Assembly (NCBI RefSeq): GCF_963921235.1
Contig: NC_086108.1
Location: forward strand, 37,512,001-37,572,000
Length of the DNA stretch: 60,000 nucleotides
Reading direction: 5' to 3'
From: Mobula hypostoma
Lineage: Eukaryota
Part shown: positions 1 to 13,464 of the stretch, one piece after another
Numbering within the stretch: the first letter of the stretch is position 1
Layout of the letters: every line of letters starts with the position of its first letter
Translations under genes and position numbers: made by a program
Notes under the pieces: generated by a model
Database searches by the model: none
What the model was told of the DNA's origin: nothing
Seen by the model: the letters and a program-made list of their open reading frames with translations, nothing else

Positions 1-248
1 TTTTCAGCAGCTTTACCACCCTAGAACATGTCTATTTCTGAGCAATGTCCTACGCAATTGTTCCTACATTTGAGTTGTAAGAGTTGTAATATTTGCCAAC
101 TTTGTGGAAATAGATACCTACTTTTGGTGCGTGTCACATATAGTAGGAGCAACTTTTTAAAAATGCTCTCCAGGATTAGCTCTGGCACTCTCTTTTTGTC
201 ATATCACGTTGATATTTATAAAAACCCAGGGAGAATGGTAGGGATCAT

Positions 249-360
249 TTAGAACATAGAACAGTATAGCCCAGACAGGCCATTCAGCCCACAATGCTGT
301 GCCAACCTTTTAACCTATTTCATGATCAATCTAACTCTTCACTCCTGCATAGTCCTCCAA
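249..360 (-). mobile_element. CR1-type LINE 3' terminal fragment
   Basis: tagaacatagaacag...aggccattcagcccacaatgctgtgcc matches the reverse-complement 3' tails of other CR1 copies here (e.g. 39870, 44625). Confidence 0.55.
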
Positions 361-842
361 AGTAAGAAATACTTCCTGTTTCCAATTCTTGTAACTAAGA
401 TCTAAAAATAAATCAGAAAATGAGTGCTGACAACAATAACTTGCACTTTTAGTGAGATGAATGTCCCGTAGGCTTTCACAGATGGTCGGTCAGAAGCAGA
501 GAAATGGGCTTGGGAAGTTGACCACTCTGCCAGAATTAATTCTTATTTATTTTCCACTTGTCACTCAACTGGAGCTAGGAAATGAGATTCAGCCAAATCT
601 ACTTACTTTTCATCATCTCCTAAATGCTCCCTCAGTATAAACATTGTGTAGCTGCGTATTGTTAGTACCATTATAAATCACTGTCAATAATACAGAGACA
701 GATTTCAAATTCAGAACATCACAATAATATTTTGTGAGGTTCTAATATTATAAAAGTCATGCTGCACTAAATCGCATTTTCAGGTTTTTTTATTAAATGC
801 ACAAAGCAAGGAATAACACCAAATGAAAACACTTTCCTTTTT

Positions 843-905
843 GTTGGTTAGCAGCACTCTCAACTCTGAACTAAAATATATAGGTTCAAGTCTTATTCCA
901 TGGAA
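843..905 (+). mobile_element. Highly degenerate tRNA-derived SINE head (DeuSINE/SacSINE-like)
   Basis: gcagcactctcaactctgaa...ggttcaagtc: A-box-like and B-box-like (GGTTCAAGTC) motifs; family call from memory only. Confidence 0.3.
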
Positions 906-1965
906 GTACCTATATATGTGACCCAAGTGCAGAGGTCAGGGAAAAGGAGTGACCACAAGTAATTTGTTCTCTCTCCTACTATGGTCTGGATAATAAGGAC
1001 TTGCTTAACAAAAGGACAGATGACAGATGGGAGTGAAGAAATTAGCATGCAGAATTGACCACACCTCCTCTAAACTTAATGCAATACCTGTTTTTCTATA
1101 ATCATTTTGATACAAGTATGGATTTGAATAAATATGTGCTCTTAGAACTGAGGAAAATTATATGGGCATAATAAAATTCATTGGAGCATATCAACACTTT
1201 CCTGCAGGATTGATGAAAGAAATTATCAGCTTGAATTGCCAACTGTAAAGTAGAATGTATACCACACAGAGCTGAATTACTAACCTACCACTTAATATAT
1301 ATTAAACTAGTGCCACTAAATCCACATCTGGGGTACATTATCAGATCCTGCCATTTTAATGAAAGTGCATACAGGATGGCTTCAATTATTCTGTCGAATA
1401 GGTTTATCTTCACCACAGTGAATTAAAATTAAAGTTCCAAACACAGTTAAATATCACAATTGTCTACACTAGTCTAGGTTAAAACACTTATATTTACTCA
1501 GATAAAAATAATTATTGGGATATCAGATTCATGTGTTTGGAATGTATTACTTTAGCAATGTTATCAAGTCAAGCGTTTCTTTTAAATTCAAGAAAGGAGA
1601 TAAATATGTTCTGTATTCACTGATTGCATTAGCCAGCACTAAAATCTTTCAGAAGAGATAATAAATGCTTATTGCTTGAACAAAATATACAGATGTAGTA
1701 ACTGGTGCACATTTCATCCATTGATTTCATTGGAACTAAAGTTTGGAGAGAAACAGAGTGCCAAAGGCTGACATTGCAATATTGTATGTCTATAAATATC
1801 AGTGCAAGGATGAATAGCCTGATGATATTCTACTGATGGCACAAGTCAGAAGGATAATACATTTCTATATGTTATTCAAAAGAGAGCAAAGAATTCCATG
1901 CTGCCTTCGCCAAGATTCTACCTCAACTAAAACTATGATAAACAGGAATACTATTGTGTACACAC

Positions 1966-2080
1966 AAAATAATCTGCAGATGCTGGGGTCAAAGCAACAC
2001 TTCCAACACGCTGGAGGAACTCAGCAGGTTGGGCAGCATCCATGGAAAAGATCGGTTGACGTTTTGGGCCAGAACCCTTC
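1966..2080 (-). mobile_element. Penelope-like terminal repeat fragment (truncated within the hammerhead core)
   Basis: ctgcagatgctgg...gctggaggaactcagcagg...gacgttttgggccagaacccttc, same repeat as 56870-57000. Confidence 0.7.
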
Positions 2081-2159
2081 TGTGCTTTCTGCTCCCATTG
2101 TACCTCTGTTACAATGGGAGAAAAAATGGTCCCAATTGTACTTTTAAATGTTGGTTTTA

Positions 2160-3965
2160 TAGAGTTATAGAAAAATACTGCACAGAAAGAGGCTCTTGAC
2201 CTATCTAGTCCATGTTGGACCAGATTGACCTACACTGAGACCCTCCATTCCCCTACCATCCATGTACCTATCCAATCTTCTCGTAAGCAATGAAATCATG
2301 CTCATGTGCACCACTTGCACTGGCAGCTCGTTCCACACTCTCACAACCCTCTATGATGAAGATGTTTCCCTCATATTCCTTTTAAACCTTTCTCCTTTCA
2401 CACTTAACCGATGAACTTTAATTGTAGTCCCACCCAAGATCAGTAGAAAAAGCCAGCTTGCATTTACCCTATCTATATTCCTCAAAATTTTGTATATCTC
2501 TATCAAATCTCCTCGCTATCTTTTATGTTCCAAGGAATAAAGTCATTACCTATTCAATCTTTCCACATAACTCAGGTTCTCCAACCCTGGCAACATCTTT
2601 GTAAATTTTCTCTATACTCTTTCAATCATTTTTACATCTTTCCTGTAGGGAAGTGACCAGAACTGCAGATAACTCTCCAAATTAGGCTTCACCAACATTT
2701 TATACAACTTCAACATAACATCACATCTCCTGTACACATTACCTTGATTTATGAAGTCCAAGGTGCCAAAAGCACCTTATCTACCTGTAATGCCACTTTC
2801 AGTGAATTATGGACCTGTATTTCCAGATCCTTGTTTTACAGCACTCTTTAGTGTCCTACCATTCACAGCATAAGACCTACTCCGGTTGATTCTACTGAAG
2901 TGTAATGCCTCGTATTTGACTGTATTAAATTCCATCTGATATTCTTCAGCCCATTTTTCCAGCTGGTCCAGAATCTTCTGTAAGCCATGATAGTCTTCCT
3001 TGCTGTCCACTACACCCCCAATTTTGGTGTCATCTGCAAATTTGCTGATCCAGTTAACCACATTATCATCCAGGTCATTAATATAGATGTCAAGCAACAA
3101 TGGACCCAGCACTGATCCCTGTAGCACTTCTCTAGTCATAGTACACCAATTGGAGACTTAACCATCTGCTACAACTCTCTGGCTTCTTCCACAAAGCCAA
3201 TATCTAATCCAATTTATCTCATCTTGAATGCCAAGCAACTGAACCCTTTTAACCAACCTCCCATGTGAGACCTTGTCAAATGCTTTGCTAAAGCCCATGT
3301 AGACAACATCCACAGCCTTGTCTTCATTGACTTTCATGGTAACTTCCTTAAAAAACTATAAGATTGGTTAGACACAACCTACCACACATGAAACCATGCT
3401 GACTATCCCTAATCAGTCCAGGTCTATTCAAATACTCACATATCCAGACACTTAGTATACCTTCCAATAACTTTCCCACTACTGATGTCAAGCTCACTGG
3501 CTTTATTTCTTAAACAACAGAGCATCATTGGCTATCATCTAATACTCTGGTACCTCACCTGTTGCTAAGGGTGATTTAAGTATCTCTTCTAGGACCCCAG
3601 CAATTTCTGCACTTTCCTCCCACAGGATCTGAGGGAACACCACATCGGACCTACGGATGTATCTTCCTAGTTTGCCTCAAGACAGCAAATACCTCCTTCG
3701 TAATCTGTATAGGATCCATGAAGTTGATGCAGCTTTGCCTCATTTTGTGTCCATCTTCTGAGTGGTGAAAAAAATTCATTTAAGATCTCCCACATCTGTT
3801 TTGGTTCTTCACATGGAATACCATTCTGATCTTCCAGAGGACCACTTTTGTCCCTTGATATCGTTTTGCTCTTAACATATCTGTAAAATCCCTTAGGATT
3901 CTCCTTCATCTTGTCTGCTAGTGCAACCTCATGCCTTATTTTAGCCCTGCAGATTTCGTTCTGAA
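2160..3965 (-). mobile_element. CR1-clade LINE, 5'-truncated, degenerate RT
   Basis: ORFs with QGSVLGPLL..YINDLD..SKFADDTK and MKENPKGFYRYVKSK; multiple stops/frameshifts. Confidence 0.9.
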
Positions 3966-5197
3966 GTGAACTTTTATGTCACACTTTTAATTTTACTGTA
4001 CATGTTTTGTCTTCGCTCAATGAGAAATCAAATCTGATAACTTTTAGGTCCCCAGGCTGGCTGCTTGAAACATCAATGTCATCATGTTTACCAATGCAGA
4101 ATTAACACCTCTGAAGCCCAGATACCCCACATTTCCTGCAGCTAAACCAAAGGAATACTAACAACTGCCAACCTATAGGAAAACTCACTTACAAACCATT
4201 ATAAGTACAGATGGTTTCACAAGTGGCAATGGAGGTGATGACATTTTGAACTTGCGTTCTGTCTTTCACTCTTCCTTCTCCTACTCCTTCGAAGTTGAAT
4301 GAATTTCCAAAAACCCTGACTGGTGAGATGCATCAGAATGCATTTGTTCACAGCTCAGGGTTTATGAATAAAGTGAGGCCAAATTTTCAGTGAACACTGG
4401 ATATACATCTTTGTTAGCACATCACTCCTTGCTTCTCGTTTCTGCCAATACACAAATTCCTCCATCACAGTGCTTGCCAATTTCCCCTGTATAACAGCTA
4501 TAAAACAAGCAATAAACAATGATTTATACCTTTGGGTTTTGATGCGGTAGATTATCATACAACTGCAATCTCCATTGCATTATCTTTCAATTTACCATCA
4601 CCAGATAGACTGCAGCAGTTCAAGTACACCAAAAATAGGAATTGACAATAAATTCAGGACTTACTTAGTGTTATCCACTAAGTAAAAACAAATAAAAATA
4701 CTGAGCAATGGGTACAGGCTGTTCCAGATCACTGTATAATTAATTCATAAAAATCAAGAGATAGATTAATCATTTCTTATCTATTTTTATGGAATACAAT
4801 GAATAAAATAAATTAATCTTGACTTTCTTTAAACTACAGTAAAAGTCCAGGTTTGATTAAGACTGCAGATCATCAAGGTATTATGCATTATTAAATACAT
4901 ACAGTTTATTGCTCAGGTTATTAGACTCAATCTTAAATTAAGATGTCATCCCACAGGAATTATCCACCGATTCAATACTTAGAATAAAAGGTAAACATTA
5001 ATTTATGTTAGTATGCTGATATCATTACATCTGACATTCAAACACAGATTTTGCAACAGTTGGGGTTAATTGCAATTATGTTGGGAAACCTTGTTGACTT
5101 TCATATCCAGATTCCAGAAGGGTCAGTACATTTTGCTACCTTAGTAACACGCTAAAGAATTTGGAACTTGTTCTGATGTAAGTTTTTTGTGGAATCT

Positions 5198-5715
5198 CAA
5201 GTTCAAGTTCAATTGTCATTCAACCATACATGAACACCCATAAATACAGCCAAATAAAACAGCTTTATTCTGGGGTCAAGGTGCAAAACACAGTTCCGAC
5301 AGTCATTCACTGTGTGAGGCATACATTGCACATGCTGCAAAATACAGTCAGACATAAAAAAAAGAGTCTCAGAGTCCATGCGTGTTGCAGCAGTCTGCAG
5401 TCGAAAACAATGCACCCTGTCTTCTGCCTAGCAAACACTCGAGGGCAGCACCAACTCCAGCATTAATGCTACGCCACACTGCCTCTGGCACTCAGGTGAA
5501 GCACACTGACTCTAATGCCTCTCTTCTGGGTGGATCCAAATAAGTGACACTGTGGTTTGAGGGCCAGTCCTCGCTAAGACCTAAGCCACACAATGCCCCA
5601 GCTGGTCGCCGATGAAACAGTGAATCGGACTTGCAGCATCCCACATTACTGATGTCTTACAGGGTATTGCGATCATAAGGAAGTGACTAAGACAATCACT
5701 TGCTGTTAGCTACTC
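5198..5715 (-). mobile_element. Non-autonomous/LINE-3'UTR-like retroelement with (TTGAAC)n tail
   Basis: caagttcaagttcaattgtcatt tail at left end; GC-richer body; no coding motif. Confidence 0.45.
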
Positions 5716-5886
5716 TGTCAGTTAATCCATTGTTTTTATACATTGTAATTAAGCAAATATTAGAATTTTAGAAAGATAGGTTTGCATGATCATTGCAACT
5801 GTCAAATATTACACAGATTTATGATACCTTAAGCAAGTTACTTCATATATGAGGATCGTAAAAAATAGCAGCTTTAATCTGTTGTC

Positions 5887-6428
5887 CACTCAGTGGCCAC
5901 TTTATTCAGTGCACCTGTACACCTGCTTGTTAATACAAATATCCAATCAGTCAATCATGTGGCAGCAACTCAATGCATAAAAGCATGCCAACATGGTCAG
6001 GGGGTTCAGTTGTTGTTCATACCAAGCATTAGAATGGGGAAGAATGTGATCTAAGTGACTTTGACCACGGAATGATTGATGGTGCCAGATGGGATGGTTT
6101 GAGTATCTCAGAACTGGCTGATCTCCTGGGATTTCCATACACAACAGTCTCTATAGATTACAGAGAATAGTGAAAAAAAAACACAAAATAAAATCATGAG
6201 TGACAGTTTTGTGGGTGAAAATATTTTGTTATTAAGAGAGGTCAGAGGGGAATGGTCAGACTGATTCGAGCTGACACAAAGGTGACGGTAACCCAAATAA
6301 CCACACATTACAACAGTGGTGTGCAGAACAGCATCTCTGAAGGCACAACAAGTCAAACCTTGAAGTGGATGGGCTACAGCAGTAGAAGACCATGAACATA
6401 CACTCAGTGGCCACTTTATTAGGTTCAA
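5887..6428 (+). mobile_element. Tc1-derived non-autonomous element with transposase N-terminal HTH remnant
   Basis: cactcagtggccactttatt terminal motif at 5887 and again at 6401; degenerate CDLSDFDHGMIDGARWDGLSISELADLLGF from ~6045. Confidence 0.75.
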
Positions 6429-6439
6429 GAGGTAAAACA

Positions 6440-7955
6440 CAGCTCAAATGCCATAATAAGTTTGCTGATGACACCACTGTTGTAGGCCAAATCAAAGGTG
6501 GTGATGAATGAGCATATGGGAGGGAGATTGGAAACCTGGCTGAATGCTCGCACAACAACAACTTTTCACTCAATGCCAGCATGATCAAGCACCTGATTAT
6601 TGACTTCAGGAGGAGGAAACCATGAGCCAGTCCTCACTGGGGGATCAGAGACAGAGTGGGTCAGCAAATTCAAATTCCTCAGTGTTATAATTTCAGAGGA
6701 CCTGTCCCAGGTCCAGCACGTAAGTGCAATTATGATGATTATGAGGACCCGCAGTCCCGTTTTATTGTCATTTAGTAATGCATGCATTAAGAAATGATAA
6801 AAATGTTTTTCCAGAATGATGTCATGAAAACACATGACAAACCGACTTAAAAGCTAACAAAGACCACATAGTTATAACATATAGTTACAACAGTGCAAAG
6901 CAATACCGTAATTTGATAAGAACAGACCATGGCACAGTAAAAATCTCAGAGTCTCTTGAAAGTCCCATCATCTCATGCAGATGGTAAACCACCAGCGCCA
7001 CCAACTTGCTGATGCAGCATCCCGGAAGCATCCGACCACAGTCCGACTCCGAGTCCTTCCGAAAAACTCCGAGCCTCCGACCGCCTATTCGACACCGAGC
7101 GCTGAGCACCATCTCTGCCGAGCGCTTCGACCCCGGCCCCGGCAACAGGCGATACGCAAAGCTGAGGATATGGGGCCTTCGTCTCTGGAGATTCTCGATC
7201 GCACAGTAGCAGCGGCAGCGAAGTAGGCATTTCAGAAATTAATCCAGATGTTTCTCACGGCTGTCCCCATCAAATCCAGATTGCGCACGGCACCCTAGTT
7301 ACACATATCGCTATTTGAAGAAAGCACGGCAGCTGATCTACTTCTTTAGAAGTTTGCAAAGATTTGGCATGACAACTAAAACTTCGACACACTTCTATAA
7401 ATGTGTGCTGGAGAGTATATTGATTGACTGCATCACAGCCTGGTATGGAAACACCAAAGCCCCTGAATGAAAAATGTAATGGACAGCGTCCGATCCATCA
7501 TGGTTAAAGCAAACCCCGTCACTGAGCACACCTTCCTGGAGCATTGTTGCAGGAAAGCACATCCATCATCAGGGACCAGCACCACCCAGGTCATGCTCTC
7601 TTCTCACTGCTGACATTAGAAAGAAAGTACAGGAGCCTCAGGACTCACACCACCTGGTTCGGGAACAGTTATAACCACTCAACCTTCAGGCTTGTGAACC
7701 AGAGGGGATAACTTCACTCAACTTCACTTGCCCCATCACTGAACTGTTCCCACAATATATGGACTCATTTTCAAGGACTCTTCATCTCATGTGCTTGATA
7801 CTTATTGCTTATTTATTTATTATAATTTTGTTGTACCTGCACAATTTTTAGTCTTTTGCACACTGGTTCTCTGCCCTGTTGGGTTTGGTCTTTCATTGAT
7901 TATGTTATGGTATTGGAATTACTGAGTATGTCTGAAAGAAAATGAATCTCACAGT
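6440..7955 (+). mobile_element. Rex1/Babar-like LINE 3' part (RT C-terminus and 3'UTR), interrupted at ~6730-7315
   Basis: KFADDTTVVGQIKGGDE; ESILIDCITAWYGN; SIIRDQHHPGHALFSLL. Confidence 0.8.
6730..7315 (-). mobile_element. Unclassified short retroelement inserted in the Rex1-like LINE
   Basis: Splits the Rex coding sequence; minus strand ends AATAAA...gggactgcgggtcctc + (TCA/TAA) tail; CpG-rich body suggests a young copy. Confidence 0.6.
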
Positions 7956-7964
7956 AATATCACT

Positions 7965-8280
7965 ATTTTTTTCTGCAGGTAAGGGGGTCAGGGATTACTA
8001 TTGTTGCAGCATTTTTTCTGCGAGCGAGGGGGTTCGGGGCTGTTATTGGCGCTGTGTTTTTCTGCAGTGGAGGGGGTTGGGGATTTTGTGGTGTGTGTTT
8101 TGTTTCTTGTCTTTTTCATGCTGGGGGTGGGGGGAGTTGATGTTTTTTCTTTCAACAACTTCCCTGGTTTTTCTGTATTCCATGGCTATCTGGAGAAACC
8201 AAATATCAGTGTTGTGTTGTACATGTACACTTTGAACATAAATGTACTTTGATAATAAATTTTCCTTGAACTTTTGAACT
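7965..8280 (+). mobile_element. Short retroelement 3' end with (TTGAAC)-type tail
   Basis: G/T-rich body ending aataaattttccttgaacttttgaact; resembles 34359-34597 in the opposite orientation. Confidence 0.5.
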
Positions 8281-8959
8281 GTGAATTACAATGAAGCCAC
8301 AATAGCTACCATAACTGGAGACTTCTTTTCCACACCTAACCTATCAAACCCATTTATAATCATGGACCTCAACTGCCGGGTAATTCACCCTTATTCTCTT
8401 TCACAGAGAAAAGTCTGCACAAAACCAAAATATAACAAGAGCTGGAAATCCGAAATAAAAATTGAAAATACCAGAAATAACTAACATATCAGATGGTCTA
8501 GGTGGAGATGGAAACGGTTGTTTCTTGAGGTTGATGCTCTGACGAAAGTGCACAGGAGCAGCGATGTAGAGCAAGGACCTACTGCAAATACTGGCCTCCA
8601 GTGTTATTGATACTTACTAAGATGCCGGAAAAAACTATGACGTTGCTCTAGTTCACATAATATAAAATAGAAACACCAAATCCTCCAACCTTATCCCATT
8701 ACCAGCACTAAGCACTTCTGACCATGACATATTTGTCCTGTGGGTCCTGACATAGTCTGACATTCATCGTGAAATAAGAGCTGACCGCAGGTCACAATCA
8801 TGAAAGAGGTATTGAAGTAGAACAAAGCAGATGGTCTTGCATGGCATTGTAAAACAAAAAGAAAACATAACAACATGGGATTTTGTCAAATTCCCTACAT
8901 AAATGCATTTTGTTTTCATAACTCTAAATTGTACCAGTCCTGGAGTCATTCAGAACTTT

Positions 8960-9140
8960 TGGTCCACCAAGTCAATTCCCATTCACTAATCCTCCACTAA
9001 CCCTATTTTATGCTCCCCATATCCTTATCTACTGTTTCCAGATTCTATAATTCTCCTATCTGCCTCAGGGAAAGTTATAGTGTCTAATTAACCTGGCAGA
9101 TGATATGTAGAAGAAATCTGAAATACACAAAGGAAAACCG
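8960..9140 (-). mobile_element. Degenerate HE1/V-SINE-like SINE
   Basis: agggaaagttatagtgtctaattaacct...gtagaagaaatctgaaatacacaaaggaaaacc resembles the reverse complement of the V-SINE central domain. Confidence 0.4.
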
Positions 9141-9751
9141 TTTCCTCCATATATCCCTGTCACCCTGCTATTTATTCACCCATCTTGCTACTTACCCTAC
9201 ACCAAGATTCACAAATTAATATTAAGGTTTGCTGTTGGATTTCACTTTTGATGTGGAGGCGTGAGGGGGAAGGGAGGTAGTTTCACCATAACTGCTGTTG
9301 GACCCAGGCATTTTAAAAACATGAGGTATGAAAGCCAGCGTTAGTCAGGCAGCAAACGGCTGAGAGATAAATGGAATAAAGAAGCAAGCAGTTGGAAAAT
9401 TAGCTTTAAGTCAAGTAAGACAAACCATTCAAGCATTTTTTTACACTATTACATAACGTCATGTTGTACTGATGAAAGTAACTTAGTGCATACATTATTG
9501 TTATCCTATATAGTTTGAGATGGGCTATGAAACAGCCTAAATATCCAGATTAAGTTTCCCACCAAGTGTTTGGTCAATCTACCATTAAAGGTATTGAAGA
9601 AATCTGTGTGCAAAAGGAATGGGGATCTGGTCCGGGCAACAGGCGGTACTGTTATATCTCAAGTTATACTTTTGTACAACTGAATAAAGTAAGTGTGGAG
9701 TTCAGGAGGGAAAGAATTAATGCTGTAGATCCTGAGAAACAAACTAAAGTT

Positions 9752-10290
9752 GAAATTGGAATTGGATTATTATTGTCACATGTATCGAGATGCAATGAAA
9801 ACCTTGTTTGGCTTATGGTTCATACAGATTAAATCACTACACCGTACATTCAGGTAGAACAAGGTAAAACAGTAACAGAATGCAGAGCAAACTATGTAGC
9901 TGCAGAGAAAGGGCAGTTCAAGTAAACAATAAACTGCAAGATTATAATAGAAGATTGTAAGGTTAAGAGATCATTTTATCGTAGTAGGGAAGCACTTATT
10001 AGTCTTGTATGAACGAGATAGCTGTGCTTGGGTATAGTGGTACATGTTTTATCTTTTGCTTGAGAGAAAAGGGGAGAAAAGATAGTGTCCAGGGTGGGTG
10101 GATTTTTTGATTATATACTCCTGCTTTACTGAGGCAGCGGATATAGACAGAATCCATAGAGGGAAGGTTGGTTTTTATACGTTGAGCTATGCCCACAGCT
10201 TGTGGCACTTTCTTGCAGTCACGTGCAGAACAGTTATCATTTCAGCCTTACGTCTCCATATAGGATGGTTTCTATGCTCCACATTGTAAA
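9752..10290 (-). mobile_element. Rex1/Babar-like LINE 3' end
   Basis: AQRIKTNLPSMDSVYIRCLSKA remnant; ttggaattgga tail. Confidence 0.7.
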
Positions 10291-10404
10291 TACAGAGCAG
10301 ATTCTAATTTGTTTAGGAGCTTCGTGGTTCCGTTGGTCACCCTTGGAATGATACAGGTCTTGCATTTTTAATGGCCAGGCTTTGTTAATTTGTACAAGAA
10401 GGAA

Positions 10405-10600
10405 AAAAACAAACACAGATGCTAGAAATTGAATTAAGTAAAACTATATTAAAGATACTGAACAAGTCATGCATTGTCTCTGGAGAGAGAAAAACAGTTA
10501 ATGCTTAAGTTCAGTTCTGATGAAAGATAATATAATGCAATTTCCTTCTTCAGAGATGCTGCCTGACTAGTTGACAAATTCCAGTGTTTTCTGTTATCAT
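10405..10600. mobile_element. Old Penelope-derived foldback element with decayed hammerhead core
   Basis: cagatgctagaaat... (minus arm), cagttctgatgaaag, then agatgctgcctgact...ttccagtgttttctg (plus arm). Confidence 0.45.
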
Positions 10601-10642
10601 TTATTGATAGGGCACTTGCTTTCACCCATCGTGCCATCCACC

Positions 10643-11062
10643 TGTAACATGCTATAGGGTTTCACTGCTGTGTAACAAGCTGTAAGGTTTCACTGATAAT
10701 GTAATGGTTTCTCTGTAGCAGCAATGTTTGGGTTATGACTAGAGATAACAGGGTTTGGAATGCTGTTGTTCTTTCTTGTGATTTGGAAGAGAGATTTTGG
10801 CGGTCTTTTGCTGGGGAGAGAGGAGGAGAGAAGACGCGAATGGAGACAGTTGGTAGATTGCCGGACAAGGTGTACTTGGAGCAAGGGTCCGAAGGGCAGC
10901 GACGATTGGAGGAGGTCAATGTTGCGCTGTTTGCTATTTCAGGGTACTGATTTGTAACGGGGACACATCGCGCAGCATCCACCCAAACGAGATTTCTTAA
11001 GTTTGGCCTGGGCGGGGGCTATCACCCCCTATATTTCGCCGCTAGCCAAAGCGAGAGTTACA
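10643..11062 (+). mobile_element. Solo LTR (Gypsy-like)
   Basis: Perfect terminal inverted tgtaac...gttaca; flanks cacc/caca (near 4-bp TSD); first ~28 bp tandemly repeated at 10671. Confidence 0.65.
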
Positions 11063-13464
11063 CACAATATTTTGCATTCTTGCAAAATGCTCAAATACAG
11101 AAGTATGAATTTCCATTTTGTAAAAAATAAACTAACAGGAAAAAAGTGAGTGAGCTCATGGCTTCACAGTTAAATGTATATAACAAAGAAAATAAGTAAA
11201 TTATTACAGTTGATATAGTACAGATCACTACTCGATTGTATGTCTGTGAAGCTGTGATGATTTTAACCCTACAGTCAAGATAGTGTTCTTTTTCCCATTT
11301 TAATCATACTTCTGGATGTTTTAAAATGGCAGCATTCCATCTTCCCTTGGAGAAGACAACCATTCTGAAAAAGGTTTGGATCTGAACAGGCCCTGCAGAT
11401 AATTTATTTTAGATACAGGATTATTTCATATCTAAGAATCCACTTTCTGTTTTTAAAAGGTATCAAATACCTCTTAATACCTTATTAAAATGGTGAAAAT
11501 GAAGCATTGTACAAGAATATTATCTTACAATGACATACTAGTTATAGGTTTAGTACATAATTAATTGGTTAGAAATTCAGCCCAGTCAATCTTGCTAAGT
11601 GTGCTAGATAATTGAGTCAATGTCTCTGAAATTCATTCCACTGACTCCTTACTTCTGAGAATTTGGTTCTCTTTATGGAATGATAAAGAGGCTACTGAGA
11701 ATTTAATATAGGCTCCCAAATTATGAAAATAAGACAGGTGAGCAGAACTAGGAGCCACTCACCAGGGATATATTTCTAGGCAAGTGTATTTTACTAATCC
11801 TTGCGAGTTGGTGTAATAATGACTATGATTGATATATTTGTTCAGTGAAACATCTGCTTGGCCCTCCACTCCCACTTATTCCTCCAGACTCAATCCAATT
11901 TTAAAATCTGCTTTATGTACTAAAAAATGATCTGGAAATAGGCAGCATATTTTCAGAATTTTTTATTTTCTTGAGGTTACAATTAATGCGTGCTCTGGAG
12001 GAGAGTTCAAATACATGTGGCAGGAGGACCAGGAGCAAGATGCAGTAGTTGAGATGGGGGGAAATAAAGGCCAATATTAAACTAGAAGAGTCAAACAACT
12101 ACAGAAAAGGAAATGTTGGTAGGGGACAAGGAGAGAAGAATTATTGAATCAGACATGCATGATGTTGGAATGAATGTGCATTAGTGTGATGAGTAAATAC
12201 AATGCTCAAGTTACTATACACATTCATATCAATGGCTGTTATGGCTTAACAAGGCTGTAATGGGCACTAAACATTGCTCCAAGTAATTAACTGGAATTAG
12301 AGAACAGGGATGGGATAAAGAATGAATTGATCAATATTTTACTGTTATATTACTTCGTACATTGTCCCCAAATTATGAAAACAAGAAAGGGCATGCAATC
12401 TGTAGCAAGTAATTAACATATGAATGATGGCATAATTTGTATTTTATTTTTTACCCGACTTTCTTGCCACCTTCTAGACTTCTGCTGAGCCTATTCACTA
12501 CCTTGTGTGCTAATTTGATCTTGTGTGACTGCATCCTTCACATTTACTTCAGTCAGGTTCCTCACAATTAATTTTCTCCCTGGCACTGTGCCATCATTTC
12601 CTCATTAATTACTATGACGTTCCTCTAGTCTACAGCCTTGTCCCTCATATCCCATCCTTGTGCATGATTCCGCGAAGCTAACAACTTCAGTCTTTTCCCA
12701 TGTTCCTTTGAGCAAGTTTTGCTTTAGATTAAATCATACATAAAATATTTTCACGGGGTTTCTTACAGTGGCTATCATTTTTAAAATCGGGTTCACACAA
12801 GACATTTCTTCTAGAAACAGTAATACTGCCACAGTGTCCATCCTTTAAAAAGATAGTTTGTTTCCTAACAGAAAGCATTTATACAAATCATATCAAAATG
12901 AATCATTACCCTCCTTCTGGCATTGCCTTAACAAAAAATAATGCAATAATCTTTTGACTTTCTGTGTTGCTAGATGTTTTGGTCGTGAATTGCTTTTTCG
13001 AGCCACTGATTTCCTGTCATTTTACTCGTACTTGCTGTCTACGTTTTGCATTCTCTTGATATAAAAGACAAATCTGCAGTTTAAAGCTGTTGCCATGCAA
13101 CTTCCACCATTTCTTATCCAAGTCAAAAGCAAATAAATCAATAAATAAATACACTTGATGCTGAAATTACATTTTGAAATGAAAAATAACAGGTAGCAAA
13201 TAATAATGAACATTGTAAGCCGATGGTTATTAATAGTAAGTTTAATATGATTAAACTTTACTATCATAATTTTCTCCCCATGAAATTGAGATAGACTATG
13301 TCTTTGTCTCCATACATTGCCGATGAATGAAATTGCAAACAAAGAAGAAAATAACATTATGGGAGCAGCTGGGATTGTGCTGAATAATACACCCACCACA
13401 TCAACACCTCATTTTTTCTGAGCTTAGCTTCACTTATTGATTAATGCTACGCCTTAAAAAGAAC

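Noticed and set aside
6462..6475. CTGATGA as another hammerhead core
   Set aside because: It is the FADD codons of the RT, with no stem II/GAAA; likewise tctgatgag at 26754 is the Tc1 WSDE motif
9591..9688. Possible exon ending in GTAAGT
   Set aside because: Poor polypyrimidine tract and no recognisable peptide
13022..13399. 125-aa hydrophobic ORF
   Set aside because: AT-rich compositional artefact; no recognisable family or splice support
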